Shown in pieces: positions 46,409 to 56,749 of a stretch of DNA of 64,000 bases. Under the pieces are notes generated by a model. The model did no database searches and had not been told where the DNA came from. It saw only the letters and a program-made list of their open reading frames with translations. The position numbers and the translations under genes were made by a program. The stretch comes from Bacteriovoracaceae bacterium (GTDB lineage: Bacteria; Bdellovibrionota; Bacteriovoracia; Bacteriovoracales; Bacteriovoracaceae). Location of the stretch: assembly GCA_018649885.1 (NCBI GenBank), contig JABIHA010000069.1, positions 1 to 64,000 of the forward strand, written 5' to 3'. The first letter of the stretch is position 1; the number at the start of each line of letters is the position of its first letter.

Positions 46409-48550
46409 ATGATCCAAAAATTGAAAAGTTTCTTTGTAATTTTCTTTATTTTTTCAGCACAGGTGGCCCTGGCCAAAGGCACAAATTATCGAGATTTGTT
46501 TCTGGGTCAAATAATCAAAAACCGATTAGAGCTGTTGCACATCAGTCAGAAAAAAATTGATGATGAGCTTTCTCAAAAGTCTTTTAAGGTCTTTTTAGAA
46601 AAGTTTGATTTTGGAAAACAGTATTTTCTTGTCAGCGATATTGATAAAATCAAAAAATATGAGTTTAAAATAGATGATGCTATTAAAAGTGGAAACTTTG
46701 AGATTGTTAAAGAAACTTCGGAGATTTACTTTAAAAGGGTCAAGCAGATTCAAGCCTTTGCTAAAGAAATCTTGAAAAAGCCATTTGATTTCTCCAAAAA
46801 AGAAACTTTAGAAACTGACCCTGAAAAGAGACAATTTCTTCGAAGTGAAAAAGAGTTGAAGGACTTATGGAGAAAAACCCTAAAACTTTCTGCGCTGTCT
46901 CGCTATGTGGCTTTTGAAGAAGAGGAAAATGGCACAGGCAAAAAAGATCCTAAAAAGAAGAAAGCTAAGGCCAAAAAACCAGTTAAGAAAAAGAAAAAAT
47001 TGACCCATAAACAGCTAGAAAAAAAGGCGAGAGAAGGGGTAGAAAAAAGCTACACCGCAATTTTTTCTAGGCTTCTTCAAGAAGAGCGGGACGATCAGCT
47101 TGAAAAGTTTTTTAATGCCGTTACATCAATTTTTGATCCTCACACTACCTATATGCCACCTCAGAAAAAAGAAGATTTTGATATTGATATGAGTGGCAAG
47201 CTAGAGGGGATTGGAGCTCTTCTGAGAGAAGATGGCCCCTATATCAAAGTGGTTAGAATTATTCCTGGATCAGCTTCTTGGAGGCAAAAGGGGCTCAAAG
47301 CTGAAGATGTCATTTTAAAAGTTGGGCAAGGAGAGGGTGAAGCCGTTGATATCGTCAATATGAGAGTAGGGGACGCTGTCAAAAAGATCAGAGGAGAAAA
47401 AGGTACTGAAGTTAGGCTAACGGTTAAAAAACCAGATGGCAGTATCGCTGTTATTCCTATTATAAGAGATGTAGTTCAAGTAGAGGAGTCTTACGCTAAA
47501 GGGGTTAATATAAAGCTTCCAAAAGCAGTGGACTACAAGGTTGGCTATATAAATTTACCAAAATTTTATAGAGATTTTCAGGCCGTTGGATCAGATAAAG
47601 AGATCAAAAATTGTACTGAAGACGTAAGAGTCGAGCTTGAACGTCTCAAGAAAACTGGTGCTAAGGGGATGATTCTCGATCTTAGAAATAATGGAGGAGG
47701 GGCCTTAGAAGACGCTAAGAAAATGAGTGGTCTCTTTATTAAGAAAGGCCCCATAGTTCAAGTCAAAGGCCATGACGGCAGTATCAACGTCCTTGCAGAT
47801 GATGACCCATCAGTAACTTGGACAGGGCCAACAATTATTTTAACAAATCGATTTAGTGCTTCTGCTTCAGAAATTTTAGCTGCTGCGCTAAAGGATTATA
47901 ATAGAGCAGTGATCGTAGGAACGGAATATACCCACGGTAAGGGCACTGTTCAGGCAGTAGTAAGTTTAGATCAAGGTCTTAATCCTTTTATGAAGAAGCT
48001 CGATCCCATGGGGGCCTTGAAGGTCACCATTCAAAAATTTTACCGGATCAATGGAAGCTCTACCCAATATAAAGGGGTGACACCAGATATTATCCTTCCA
48101 GATCCCTATGACTATGTGGAAAGTGGTGAGCAATTTCTAGATTATTCTCTACCATGGAGCAAGGTAAATGCCCTCTCTTACAATAAGTGGCAACCTGAGA
48201 ACAAAAAGCTTCCAAGTCTTCTTAAGAAAAGCCAGAAAAGGATAAAGACCAATAAGAATTTTAAAAAAATTGTTGATAAAGTGAAAATCCTTAAAACCAG
48301 AAGGGAAAGAACTAAGCAAGAATTGAGCCTTAGAGACTTTAAACAGAAGATAAAGCTACAAAAAAAGCAGCTTGATGGCTTCGAAATCAAAAAGCTTAAT
48401 TACAGTATGTTATTTTCTGACTATAGTAAGAACAAAAAAAAGTTGGATGAAGTCGGCAAGGAAGAACGCAAGACTTTCGAAGAAGGACTTTCGAAGGACC
48501 CCTTTCTTGAAGAATCTCTTCTAATTATCAATGATATGATCAAAGGGTAG
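46409..48550 (+). CDS. prc: Carboxy-terminal processing protease (S41)
   Basis: DPHT, PDZ GIGA, DLRNNGGG, SASASE, GKGTVQ. Confidence 0.93.
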   Translation: MIQKLKSFFVIFFIFSAQVALAKGTNYRDLFLGQIIKNRLELLHISQKKIDDELSQKSFKVFLEKFDFGKQYFLVSDIDKIKKYEFKIDDAIKSGNFEIVKETSEIYFKRVKQIQAFAKEILKKPFDFSKKETLETDPEKRQFLRSEKELKDLWRKTLKLSALSRYVAFEEEENGTGKKDPKKKKAKAKKPVKKKKKLTHKQLEKKAREGVEKSYTAIFSRLLQEERDDQLEKFFNAVTSIFDPHTTYMPPQKKEDFDIDMSGKLEGIGALLREDGPYIKVVRIIPGSASWRQKGLKAEDVILKVGQGEGEAVDIVNMRVGDAVKKIRGEKGTEVRLTVKKPDGSIAVIPIIRDVVQVEESYAKGVNIKLPKAVDYKVGYINLPKFYRDFQAVGSDKEIKNCTEDVRVELERLKKTGAKGMILDLRNNGGGALEDAKKMSGLFIKKGPIVQVKGHDGSINVLADDDPSVTWTGPTIILTNRFSASASEILAAALKDYNRAVIVGTEYTHGKGTVQAVVSLDQGLNPFMKKLDPMGALKVTIQKFYRINGSSTQYKGVTPDIILPDPYDYVESGEQFLDYSLPWSKVNALSYNKWQPENKKLPSLLKKSQKRIKTNKNFKKIVDKVKILKTRRERTKQELSLRDFKQKIKLQKKQLDGFEIKKLNYSMLFSDYSKNKKKLDEVGKEERKTFEEGLSKDPFLEESLLIINDMIKG

Positions 48551-48553
48551 GTC

Positions 48554-50323
48554 ATGAATTATTTTACTGATGAAAAAGAATGGCAATGGCTTTTCGACAA
48601 CGCCATAGATTGGGATAAAATTATCCCGCTTTATTATCCTGAATACCCCACACAAGATGGAATTCAAAATAAAGAAGAGCTTTTGGGCTTTTTTAAAGAA
48701 CTCCTGACTTCTACGGGAGAGTGGGCAGCGGGAAGTGTTGCGGGGAGGGCCAGAAAGCTTGATGAAGATGGCGGTGGTGAAGTTGTAGACGGCTCAGTCA
48801 TTTGTAGTGAGACCCTTCTTGAAAATTACAGAGAAGCAAAAGAGCTGGCCTTTTTTGGGGTTGGTGTTGATCAAAAATATGGCGGGATGGGTCTTCCAGC
48901 TGCAGTGAGCCTGATGGGCTTCACACAAGTAAACCGAGCGTGTATTTCCACGGCCACACAAATAGGCTTTTTTACATCTATCGCCGATATGGTTGAAAGA
49001 TTTTGTGAACCTGAAGATCGTGAACGTCTGCTGCCGATGATTATAAACGGCGACATCAGCGGCTCAATGTGTCTGACAGAACCAGATGCTGGCTCAGATG
49101 TGGGAAGTCTTAGAACTTCTGCAAAACATCTAAATGATAAATGGTATTCACTTAATGGAACCAAAATATTCATCACCAATGGTGGCGGGGGCTTAGGATT
49201 TGTTCTCGGTAGAATTGATGGGGCTCCTGAAGGATTAAAGGGGATTTCACTATTTCTCGTTGAAGAATTTCTCGAAGAGGGTGGTGAGAAGAAAAGAAAT
49301 TACACTGTAGCAAAAAATGAAGAAAAAATGGGCCTTCATGGCTCTCATACTTGTGAAATTCTCTATGAAAATTCTAAGGGTAAATTGATTGGTGAGCCCA
49401 ATCAAGGAATGAAGATGATGTTTCATCTGATGAATGAAGCCCGAATTGCAGTGGGGCTACAAGGCCTTGGTGGTATTGAGGCTTCACTGGCCTATGCCAG
49501 AAAGTATGCTGAAGAAAGAGAGCAATTTGGCATGTGTCTCATGAAGCTTCCACTATTTCGAAGAAATTTTGAAGATTGGGAAGCTGAAAGAGATGGCTTT
49601 AGAGCATTGATGGTCGACACCATCTCCTTTTTTGATCAGTACCAAAGACTAGATCTGAAAAAACGTCATCACGGGTTAAGTGATGAGGAAAGAGAGAGAT
49701 TTTCTTTTGTACAAAAGGTTGTAAGAAGAAGAACTCCACTGGTTAAACTCTACGGTGCGGAAACTTTCACTACACTATCCCAAAAGGCAATTCAGGCCCT
49801 TGGGGGACATGGGTTTATGAAAGATCATGATGTGGAAAGACTTCACCGAGATAGCTTTGCTCCTCTTCTATATGAAGGCACAACTCAGATTCAATCTCTA
49901 ATGGCGATGAAAGATTTGCTCAAATATACTATGAGCCAACCCACTAAGTTTTTACAAACGATGGTAGGTGGTCACCCCATAGGAAATATTTTTTCAGGTG
50001 AAGGCGAGTACCACAAAAGATTTTCAGGTGTTCTCTATGAGTTCAGAAAAAATCTAATGGGTCTTCTCATGAGATGTTTTAAGCCAGATGATGGTGATAT
50101 TACCCAGGTTTTCTCTCCCAAATATTGGAGAAATCCTAAGCAGTACGAGAAAATTATGGAGCATGCAGAAACCATGGCCTTTTCCATTTCTTACCTGGAA
50201 ACACTTAAGGTTTTGGCCGTCCATGCAGATATGGATGAGAGCAGGAAGGAGCTATACGATCGCTATTACCGACTTGTACTACCAAGATTTGCTTCCATTT
50301 ACTGTGATTGGAAGAATCACTAA
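48554..50323 (+). CDS. Acyl-CoA dehydrogenase
   Basis: MCLTEPDAGSD, GTKIFIT, EKMGLHGS, RxQFG, GGHGF, YEGT. Confidence 0.92.
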   Translation: MNYFTDEKEWQWLFDNAIDWDKIIPLYYPEYPTQDGIQNKEELLGFFKELLTSTGEWAAGSVAGRARKLDEDGGGEVVDGSVICSETLLENYREAKELAFFGVGVDQKYGGMGLPAAVSLMGFTQVNRACISTATQIGFFTSIADMVERFCEPEDRERLLPMIINGDISGSMCLTEPDAGSDVGSLRTSAKHLNDKWYSLNGTKIFITNGGGGLGFVLGRIDGAPEGLKGISLFLVEEFLEEGGEKKRNYTVAKNEEKMGLHGSHTCEILYENSKGKLIGEPNQGMKMMFHLMNEARIAVGLQGLGGIEASLAYARKYAEEREQFGMCLMKLPLFRRNFEDWEAERDGFRALMVDTISFFDQYQRLDLKKRHHGLSDEERERFSFVQKVVRRRTPLVKLYGAETFTTLSQKAIQALGGHGFMKDHDVERLHRDSFAPLLYEGTTQIQSLMAMKDLLKYTMSQPTKFLQTMVGGHPIGNIFSGEGEYHKRFSGVLYEFRKNLMGLLMRCFKPDDGDITQVFSPKYWRNPKQYEKIMEHAETMAFSISYLETLKVLAVHADMDESRKELYDRYYRLVLPRFASIYCDWKNH

Positions 50324-50350
50324 ACCAATTTTATGTAAATTCAGTGTATT

Positions 50351-50382
50351 AGGGCCAGCAATTGCTGGCCCTTTCATTTTTT
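50351..50382 (+). terminator. Intrinsic terminator
   Basis: AGGGCCAGC-AATT-GCTGGCCCT followed by a T-rich tail. Confidence 0.8.
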
Positions 50383-50485
50383 AGAGCAATCAGCCGATAT
50401 ATTGTTTGGTATGGCAAACAATATTATGGTATACTAAATAAAAATCTGGGTATATAAACGTCGTCTCAGAACTCAAAGGAAGCTT

Positions 50486-50671
50486 ATGTATATCTGCCTT
50501 TGCAGAGGAATTACTGACAAGGATCTTCTTGAGCTCAAAAAGAAAATGAGTAAGAAGCAGATCTATAAAAACCTTGAACTCGGTTCAAGCTGTGGTAGTT
50601 GCATTGGTAAAGCTTTAAATATCCTAGAAAATCCAACTCATCAAAAAAAAGACCCCTCTCCTAAAAGCTGA
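50486..50671 (+). CDS. bfd: Bacterioferritin-associated ferredoxin
   Basis: MYICLC...CGSC directly upstream of bfr. Confidence 0.9.
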   Translation: MYICLCRGITDKDLLELKKKMSKKQIYKNLELGSSCGSCIGKALNILENPTHQKKDPSPKS

Positions 50672-50754
50672 TCATCCCCATTTTTTTCTGCACTTAAATT
50701 TCTAGCTGTGCTACAAACTTTTGTATCAAATTTTTGAATTATAAAGGAATACTA

Positions 50755-51219
50755 ATGAAAGGTAATAAAGAAGTCATACAAGTTCTTAATGAGTCACTAA
50801 CCCGTGAGCTTACTGCCATCAACCAATATTTTCTTCACGCTAGGATCCTAGAAGATTGGGGACTGGGGAAAATGGGAAAGCTTGAATATGATGCTTCGAT
50901 CGATGAGATGAAACATGCAGATGAGCTAATAAAAAGGATTCTTTTACTAGAAGGACTCCCTAATGTTCAAAGAATGGGCAATGTAAATATTGGCCAAAAT
51001 GTAAAAGAAATAATGGAAGCTGATCTTACAGTTGAAAGAGATGCCATACCAGCACTAAAAGCCGGAATTATATTGTGCGAGGAAAAACAAGATTTTGTCT
51101 CACGTACTCTTTTGACTTCTATTCTGGCCAGCGAAGAAGATCATTGCGACTGGCTTGAAACACTTCTAGACCTATACGATAAAGTAGGGGAGCAGAATTT
51201 TCTTCAGTCTCAAATGTAG
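50755..51219 (+). CDS. bfr: Bacterioferritin (heme-binding type)
   Basis: MKG.., ELTAINQYFLH, DEMKHAD (Met52), EEDH. Confidence 0.95.
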   Translation: MKGNKEVIQVLNESLTRELTAINQYFLHARILEDWGLGKMGKLEYDASIDEMKHADELIKRILLLEGLPNVQRMGNVNIGQNVKEIMEADLTVERDAIPALKAGIILCEEKQDFVSRTLLTSILASEEDHCDWLETLLDLYDKVGEQNFLQSQM

Positions 51220-51238
51220 GGCCTGTTGCCATTTCAAA

Positions 51239-52507
51239 TTAGTAAGTAAATTGGGCCCTGATACCAACAACTCGGGGCCGATCTCTTGCTCCGGATCTTT
51301 CTGAATTAACCTGGATAAAATTTGCCGCCAATTTGAAGTTGTTGTTGAGATACCAATTAAATCCAAAAGTGTAGTTTTCTTCCTCACCACCTTTGAGGTC
51401 AACATCATTAAGATCGATAAAATCAAATCTAATGGCGAGCTCCATGGCCCCAAAACCTGCCATTTCGCTACTCTTATCAATACTGATTCCTCCAAAGCTT
51501 CCGCTTTTTGGATCGTACTTTCTGGATTGCCCTGTGAGAGCGTAGCTGACGAGAAGAAAGCCACCATCAAAGTTTCTTCTTCTGATACCTGCTGCGGCAT
51601 TTTTTAGGGGAGTAACTTGTACCAGAGTGTATTCAGCTAAAAATAAAAACGAGTGTAAGCTAAGTCCCCATTCAAGTGCTCCTGCTTGGACATAGTCTGT
51701 GTATTTTATGTCATCAGTATCCACAAGCTTTACATCAGTGACATGAACTCCTGGTCTTGATGAGAATTTGGCCTCTCTTTGAGAGCCTTCACCGCCTCTA
51801 TGGATGTGTTCATAGGCCGAAATACCAGCGTGCATGCCATAAGACTTCGCTAGTAGAGGGGCAACACTGGCCCTAAAATTATATGATCTTGTTCTATTTT
51901 CCACCTCACCATTTTGGGATTCAGTATCATCAAGGCCACCTAGCTCAACCATAAATCTCTTTGAGGCATAATTGATTGTCACTCCAAGCCTGTCGTCACC
52001 GCCAAAGGCACCAGTTTGAAGAGATCTCTCCATTAATGGATGCTTGGCGGTTGAGATATTGTCATCGAGACCAAAATTTTCTGAAAGAAGACCAGCTGAG
52101 AGCTTGAGCCCCTTTATGGGAGAGTAGGAGGCCGATGCCGATTTGATATCAGCAGATCCCCCTGCATAGTCTAGTTTGAGGGCCCACTCCCAGTTGTTGT
52201 ATAGCTTGCCGCTTATGCCGAGCCTTGCACTTCTAACTTCAGCAGCCGATATAAATTCTGATCTTCGCAAATCTTGATTGAAAGAGGCCCAGTCGGCCAT
52301 GACTCTACCGCTTACTTTGTATTCTTTTTCACTATCAGAGTCTTTGAACTTTAGGCCTGAACTCAAGTCTAGCTTGGGCCTGGGAGACTTCCCTCCCTCT
52401 TTTTGTTTGAGTGTCTTGCCCTTTTTTTTGGCATCTTTGTCTTTCTTTTTTGCAAGTAGGCTAGGCGCAGCGAAAACCAGTGCGATGATAATTAACAACT
52501 TCTCCAT
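51239..52507 (-). CDS. OprO/OprP-type phosphate-selective porin
   Basis: GRVMAD, RSARLG, MERS, FSSRP, GFNWYLN. Confidence 0.85.
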   Translation of the reverse strand: MEKLLIIIALVFAAPSLLAKKKDKDAKKKGKTLKQKEGGKSPRPKLDLSSGLKFKDSDSEKEYKVSGRVMADWASFNQDLRRSEFISAAEVRSARLGISGKLYNNWEWALKLDYAGGSADIKSASASYSPIKGLKLSAGLLSENFGLDDNISTAKHPLMERSLQTGAFGGDDRLGVTINYASKRFMVELGGLDDTESQNGEVENRTRSYNFRASVAPLLAKSYGMHAGISAYEHIHRGGEGSQREAKFSSRPGVHVTDVKLVDTDDIKYTDYVQAGALEWGLSLHSFLFLAEYTLVQVTPLKNAAAGIRRRNFDGGFLLVSYALTGQSRKYDPKSGSFGGISIDKSSEMAGFGAMELAIRFDFIDLNDVDLKGGEEENYTFGFNWYLNNNFKLAANFIQVNSERSGARDRPRVVGIRAQFTY

Positions 52508-52575
52508 AGAAAACCTCAGTAGAATACTTTTAAAATAAAGTTTATCTTGTTACTTTACTGGTCCACAACTTTTTT

Positions 52576-53391
52576 ATGGAGAATTACATGGGGAAAAAAG
52601 CACCCTCGCGTTTGCCAACTAATACTAAGTACAAACTATACGAGTCAGCTGTTCAAAATCCAGAAAATGATGTCGAGTTTATGGTGGAATGGTATGAGAA
52701 ATTCAATGGTAAATCTCCAAAGGTTCTAAGAGAAGATTTTTGCGGCACAGGGATGATTTCCTGTGAATGGGCAAAATCCAGTGACGATAGATCTGCAATT
52801 GGGATTGATCTTGACCCAGAGCCAGTAGAAATCGGCAAGGAAAGACATTACTCAAAATTGTCAGAAGATGCCCAAAAAAGAGTGGAATATAAATTAGAAA
52901 ATGTTTTGAGTGCAGAAAATTGTAAAGCTGATTGCATAGCTGCTTTTAATTTTTCATATTTTATCTTTAAAAAAAGAAGTCAGCTGGTTGAGTATTTTAC
53001 TTCTGCAAGAAAATCTCTCAACCCTGGTGGTGTCTTTTTCATCGACCTTTTTGGAGGCACTGAGTGTCACCAGGAATTAGAGGAAGAAACAGAGCACGAC
53101 AAGTTTAGCTACTATTGGGATTGTGATAAATTTAATGCCATCACAGGAGAAGCTAAATACGCGATTCATTTTGAACACAAAGGTCGAAAGTATAAGAATG
53201 TTTTTACTTATGACTGGAGACATTGGTCACTTCCTGAGTTGATGGACATCCTAGAAGATGCTGGCTTTACCGAGCGCACGCCTTTTTGGGAAGGTGATGA
53301 CGATGATGGTACTGGAGACGGCGAATTCTACATTGCAAGTGATGAGGAAAACTGTGAGTCTTGGGTAACCTATATAGCAGCTCGCCCTTAG
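52576..53391 (+). CDS. Class I SAM-dependent methyltransferase
   Basis: LREDFCGTG, GIDLD, LNPGG. Confidence 0.85.
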   Translation: MENYMGKKAPSRLPTNTKYKLYESAVQNPENDVEFMVEWYEKFNGKSPKVLREDFCGTGMISCEWAKSSDDRSAIGIDLDPEPVEIGKERHYSKLSEDAQKRVEYKLENVLSAENCKADCIAAFNFSYFIFKKRSQLVEYFTSARKSLNPGGVFFIDLFGGTECHQELEEETEHDKFSYYWDCDKFNAITGEAKYAIHFEHKGRKYKNVFTYDWRHWSLPELMDILEDAGFTERTPFWEGDDDDGTGDGEFYIASDEENCESWVTYIAARP

Positions 53392-54746
53392 GCCGCTTGA
53401 TCTTTCTCAATACATCTGGCAAAAAATTTATCTAAAAGATCTATAATCTCGGGGCGGAACCTTTCTTTTAAAGGCCCCATCTGGTGAAATTCTTTGATTT
53501 TTTCCCAAGCTTCAAGTAAAGAGAGTCTGTGCTTATTTTTAAAATCATTGAGAATATGGTCATACACATCACACAGAGCAAATAGGCTATACTCCTGTTG
53601 CACTTCCTTACCTGAAATACCTCGAGGGTAACCGGTTCCATCGAAATATTCGTGATGAAACTCAATGGCCTTTTTGGTGGCCTCTGTCATGATAAATCGT
53701 TTTTTCTCGAGAAGATCGAGAGTGTATTTAACATGAATCTGAAATTTAATCTGGTCAGTGACTGATTTGTTTGTCATCGAATGGGCCCCCTGGATTTTGA
53801 GTGGAAGTCCAATTGAGCCCGCGTCGTGGACAAGGGCAGCAATAGCAAGATCAGAAGAGTGATCGGTAAAAGTTGATTTCGAAAAAATTATTGAAAAAAT
53901 GGCCGTGTTGAGCCCGTGTGATATTCTGCTGTGCTTTCTATAAGGGATCTCTTTTAGGCACTCATACATGTCAGGGTAACGGTTAATTAGCTGTCTCAAT
54001 TTTTTGACAATGGATCCGGCCACTTCCTTCAATTGTTTCCCATGATTAAAACGACCTGCATTTGAGTGATCAAAGAGTTCTGAGAGAAAAAATTTATATT
54101 GTTTTCTGATGTGGTTTAAATCATCAGATAGTGGAAGAATATTTTCTAGTAAGAGCTTAGAAAGCTCTGGTCCTCTAACATAGATGTGACCATGACCACT
54201 TTCTCTCAGAGTCACATATTTTTGTTCGCCAAATTCCTCACCCTTTCTACAAATAAGGCTGTAGCCTTTATTGTCACTGTCATAGTAATAGAAATCAACA
54301 GAGTATTTTTTCATTGGATGAATATCTTTTGTCACTATTGTTCTGTATTCTTGCTTTTTAAAAAGGCTATAAATAAAGAGAAGGTGAGATGGAGTCATAG
54401 ACTTTTTAGGAAGCATGATAGTGGTGAAGTTTTTCTTTTTTAGTTCACGGTATTCCTCAGAGAGCTTACCAAACAAAATTATAAAAACGACCTTAGGATT
54501 TTGATGAAGAGCACTTTCATAGAGTTCTTTTAAATGTACTTTTTGTGATAAGAATCTTTCATTATGAAGTAAGTCACAATCAAAAATGACAAAGTCTTGT
54601 CTCTCGGCCTGCATTACTTCCACGGCCTTTTTTGTATTTCTTATTCCAAGGTATTTGCAGTCAAAGTCAAAGGTAGGCGCTAGTTTTTCTTCCAAATGAA
54701 GATCTTGGCCTATGAATAAAAACTTCGGTGGAGGTAGTATTCTCAC
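53388..54746 (-). CDS. Pseudo-receiver + HD-GYP domain protein
   Basis: LVHDAG and HHEYFDGTGYPRG. Confidence 0.85.
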   Translation of the reverse strand: MRILPPPKFLFIGQDLHLEEKLAPTFDFDCKYLGIRNTKKAVEVMQAERQDFVIFDCDLLHNERFLSQKVHLKELYESALHQNPKVVFIILFGKLSEEYRELKKKNFTTIMLPKKSMTPSHLLFIYSLFKKQEYRTIVTKDIHPMKKYSVDFYYYDSDNKGYSLICRKGEEFGEQKYVTLRESGHGHIYVRGPELSKLLLENILPLSDDLNHIRKQYKFFLSELFDHSNAGRFNHGKQLKEVAGSIVKKLRQLINRYPDMYECLKEIPYRKHSRISHGLNTAIFSIIFSKSTFTDHSSDLAIAALVHDAGSIGLPLKIQGAHSMTNKSVTDQIKFQIHVKYTLDLLEKKRFIMTEATKKAIEFHHEYFDGTGYPRGISGKEVQQEYSLFALCDVYDHILNDFKNKHRLSLLEAWEKIKEFHQMGPLKERFRPEIIDLLDKFFARCIEKDQAA

Positions 54747-54782
54747 TTTTATTTCCTATGGATGGTTCGCATCTATAAGATC

Positions 54783-54809
54783 TTTTCGGTTTATAGAAAG
54801 AAAAATTGA
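54783..54809 (-). promoter_or_regulatory. sigma28-like promoter
   Basis: TCAA-N15-ACCGAAAA. Confidence 0.5.
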
Positions 54810-54836
54810 CTACAAATTAACTAGTACCCGCGTGAA

Positions 54837-56615
54837 TTAGACAACCTTTAAGACTTCATCGATATCCGTGATTCCTTCAATAACTCTTCGGGCAGCGTTA
54901 ACATTCATTCGAGTAAAAGAGTTAGCTGTTTTTGCTTCAAGAGTACTAAGCTCAATATCAGGAGTAATCAGTTTTCTTGTTTCCTGATTTATCACAAGAA
55001 GCTCATAAATACAGAGACGACCCAAGTATCCGGTGTTCTTGCACTTTGTACATCCAACGTGTTTATAGACGTATTCTGGAACTATCCCCTCTAGGTCATC
55101 ACCGACCAGTAGATTCCACAGCTCTTGTGGTGTCTTCTCTTTTTTCTTGCAATGAGGGCATAGTTTTCTAACAAGTCTTTGGGCCAGAATTCCCCTAAGA
55201 GTAGCGTTTAGCAGATAGGGGGCAATCCCCAAATCTAAAAGCCTTGTGATGGTAGAAAGTGCACCGTTAGTATGAAGTGTAGAGAAAACTAAGTGACCCG
55301 TAAGAGAAGCTTGCGCTGCCATTTCTCCCGTTTCTGTATCTCTAATTTCACCTACCATTATAATATCTGGGTCTTGTCTTAAAAAGGCCCTAATGGCACC
55401 TGAAAAATTTAAGTTAATATTCTTGTTAATTTGTAATTGATTAAACTTATCATTAATCATTTCCACTGGATCTTCGATGGTACAAATATTGACATCATCT
55501 GTGGCCCGGGCCTCAAGAGAGGTATATAGGGTAGTAGTTTTTCCCGATCCAGTAGGGCCTGTGACTAAAATAATTCCATTATTTGCATTTATCAATTTAG
55601 TCCAAATATTTTTATCTTGTGGATAAAATCCAAGTTGTAAAAAATCTCTTTTGGCAACTTCTGGGTTGAATACTCTTATCACTAGCTTTTCACCAAAGAG
55701 AGTAGGGACACTTGAAAGTCTTAAATCTAAATCATTAACATCAAAGTGATGTCCCTTTATCCTTCCATCTTGTGGCTTTCTTTTTTCATCCACTTTCATT
55801 CCGCACAATATTTTTAATCTACTGACTACTGGGACAAAAATTTTAGGATCCATTTTGTAGACAGTTAGAAGGATTCCATCAATACGAAACCTAATTTTGC
55901 ATAGGCCTTTCTTGGGTTCAAAGTGGATATCTGAGGCCCTTTCGGTATAGGCATATTGTACAATCCAGGTGACAATTTTTACTGTTGCTGAATCTTCTGT
56001 TCCAAGGGATCTATTTTTACTATGCTCAACGAGCTTTTCAAGCTCATTAATATTTCCTGACCTCATCATTCTGGTGGATTTTTTGTGAGAGAAATCGCTT
56101 CCCTTTAAAAATCTGTGAACAGAGAAAAATTCAACTATAAATTTATTTATTGCTATGGGATTTGCAAAAACAACTTTTACTTTACGCTTGAGGATCGACT
56201 CCATTTCACCAATCCAATGATCTGTATGTGGACTGCATGTGGCGAATGTTACTTCAGACTTTCCTACTAAAATGGGAAGGATTCTGAGTCGTTTTGCGTA
56301 GGCCTCTGAAACAATTGTAGTGACCGATTGAACTTCGATTTTCAGGGGATCAAGTTTCACGTAGGGAATTTCAAAGTATCCTGCAAAGAATTCGCTCAGT
56401 CCTTCATGTGTCAGTACATGATTTTCTATAAGAGGATGCTTCAATTGATAGCGGGCCAGTATGCTGATGGGGTTGTCTCTTAGATCACGGTCATCTTTTA
56501 GAATTTGGATTGCTCTTTTTTTAGGCAGCATTTTAAGCTCTACTAAAATCTTCAAAGCATGTGAAAGTTCAAATTTTTTTTCTCGAATTTTATTCCGTGT
56601 TTTTCTCTCAAACAT
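54837..56615 (-). CDS. GspE/PilB family secretion ATPase
   Basis: ASDIHFEP, GPTGSGKTTT, TIEDPVE, RQDPD..MVGEIRD, TGHLV.STLH, two CxxC motifs. Confidence 0.93.
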   Translation of the reverse strand: MFERKTRNKIREKKFELSHALKILVELKMLPKKRAIQILKDDRDLRDNPISILARYQLKHPLIENHVLTHEGLSEFFAGYFEIPYVKLDPLKIEVQSVTTIVSEAYAKRLRILPILVGKSEVTFATCSPHTDHWIGEMESILKRKVKVVFANPIAINKFIVEFFSVHRFLKGSDFSHKKSTRMMRSGNINELEKLVEHSKNRSLGTEDSATVKIVTWIVQYAYTERASDIHFEPKKGLCKIRFRIDGILLTVYKMDPKIFVPVVSRLKILCGMKVDEKRKPQDGRIKGHHFDVNDLDLRLSSVPTLFGEKLVIRVFNPEVAKRDFLQLGFYPQDKNIWTKLINANNGIILVTGPTGSGKTTTLYTSLEARATDDVNICTIEDPVEMINDKFNQLQINKNINLNFSGAIRAFLRQDPDIIMVGEIRDTETGEMAAQASLTGHLVFSTLHTNGALSTITRLLDLGIAPYLLNATLRGILAQRLVRKLCPHCKKKEKTPQELWNLLVGDDLEGIVPEYVYKHVGCTKCKNTGYLGRLCIYELLVINQETRKLITPDIELSTLEAKTANSFTRMNVNAARRVIEGITDIDEVLKVV

Positions 56616-56749
56616 TTTACAACCCCTTCTCATAGGGCTTTTCGGCATTTTTGCAAATTTCAGTAGAAGCAAAGTGTTATGATCGGGTACTGTTATAAAA
56701 CTATCACTTTATGAGTATAATAATCTAATTTCTATTTATTGGAGAAGAT

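Noticed and set aside
51172..51600. 142-aa ORF overlapping the porin gene out of frame
   Set aside because: Shadow frame with no recognisable features.
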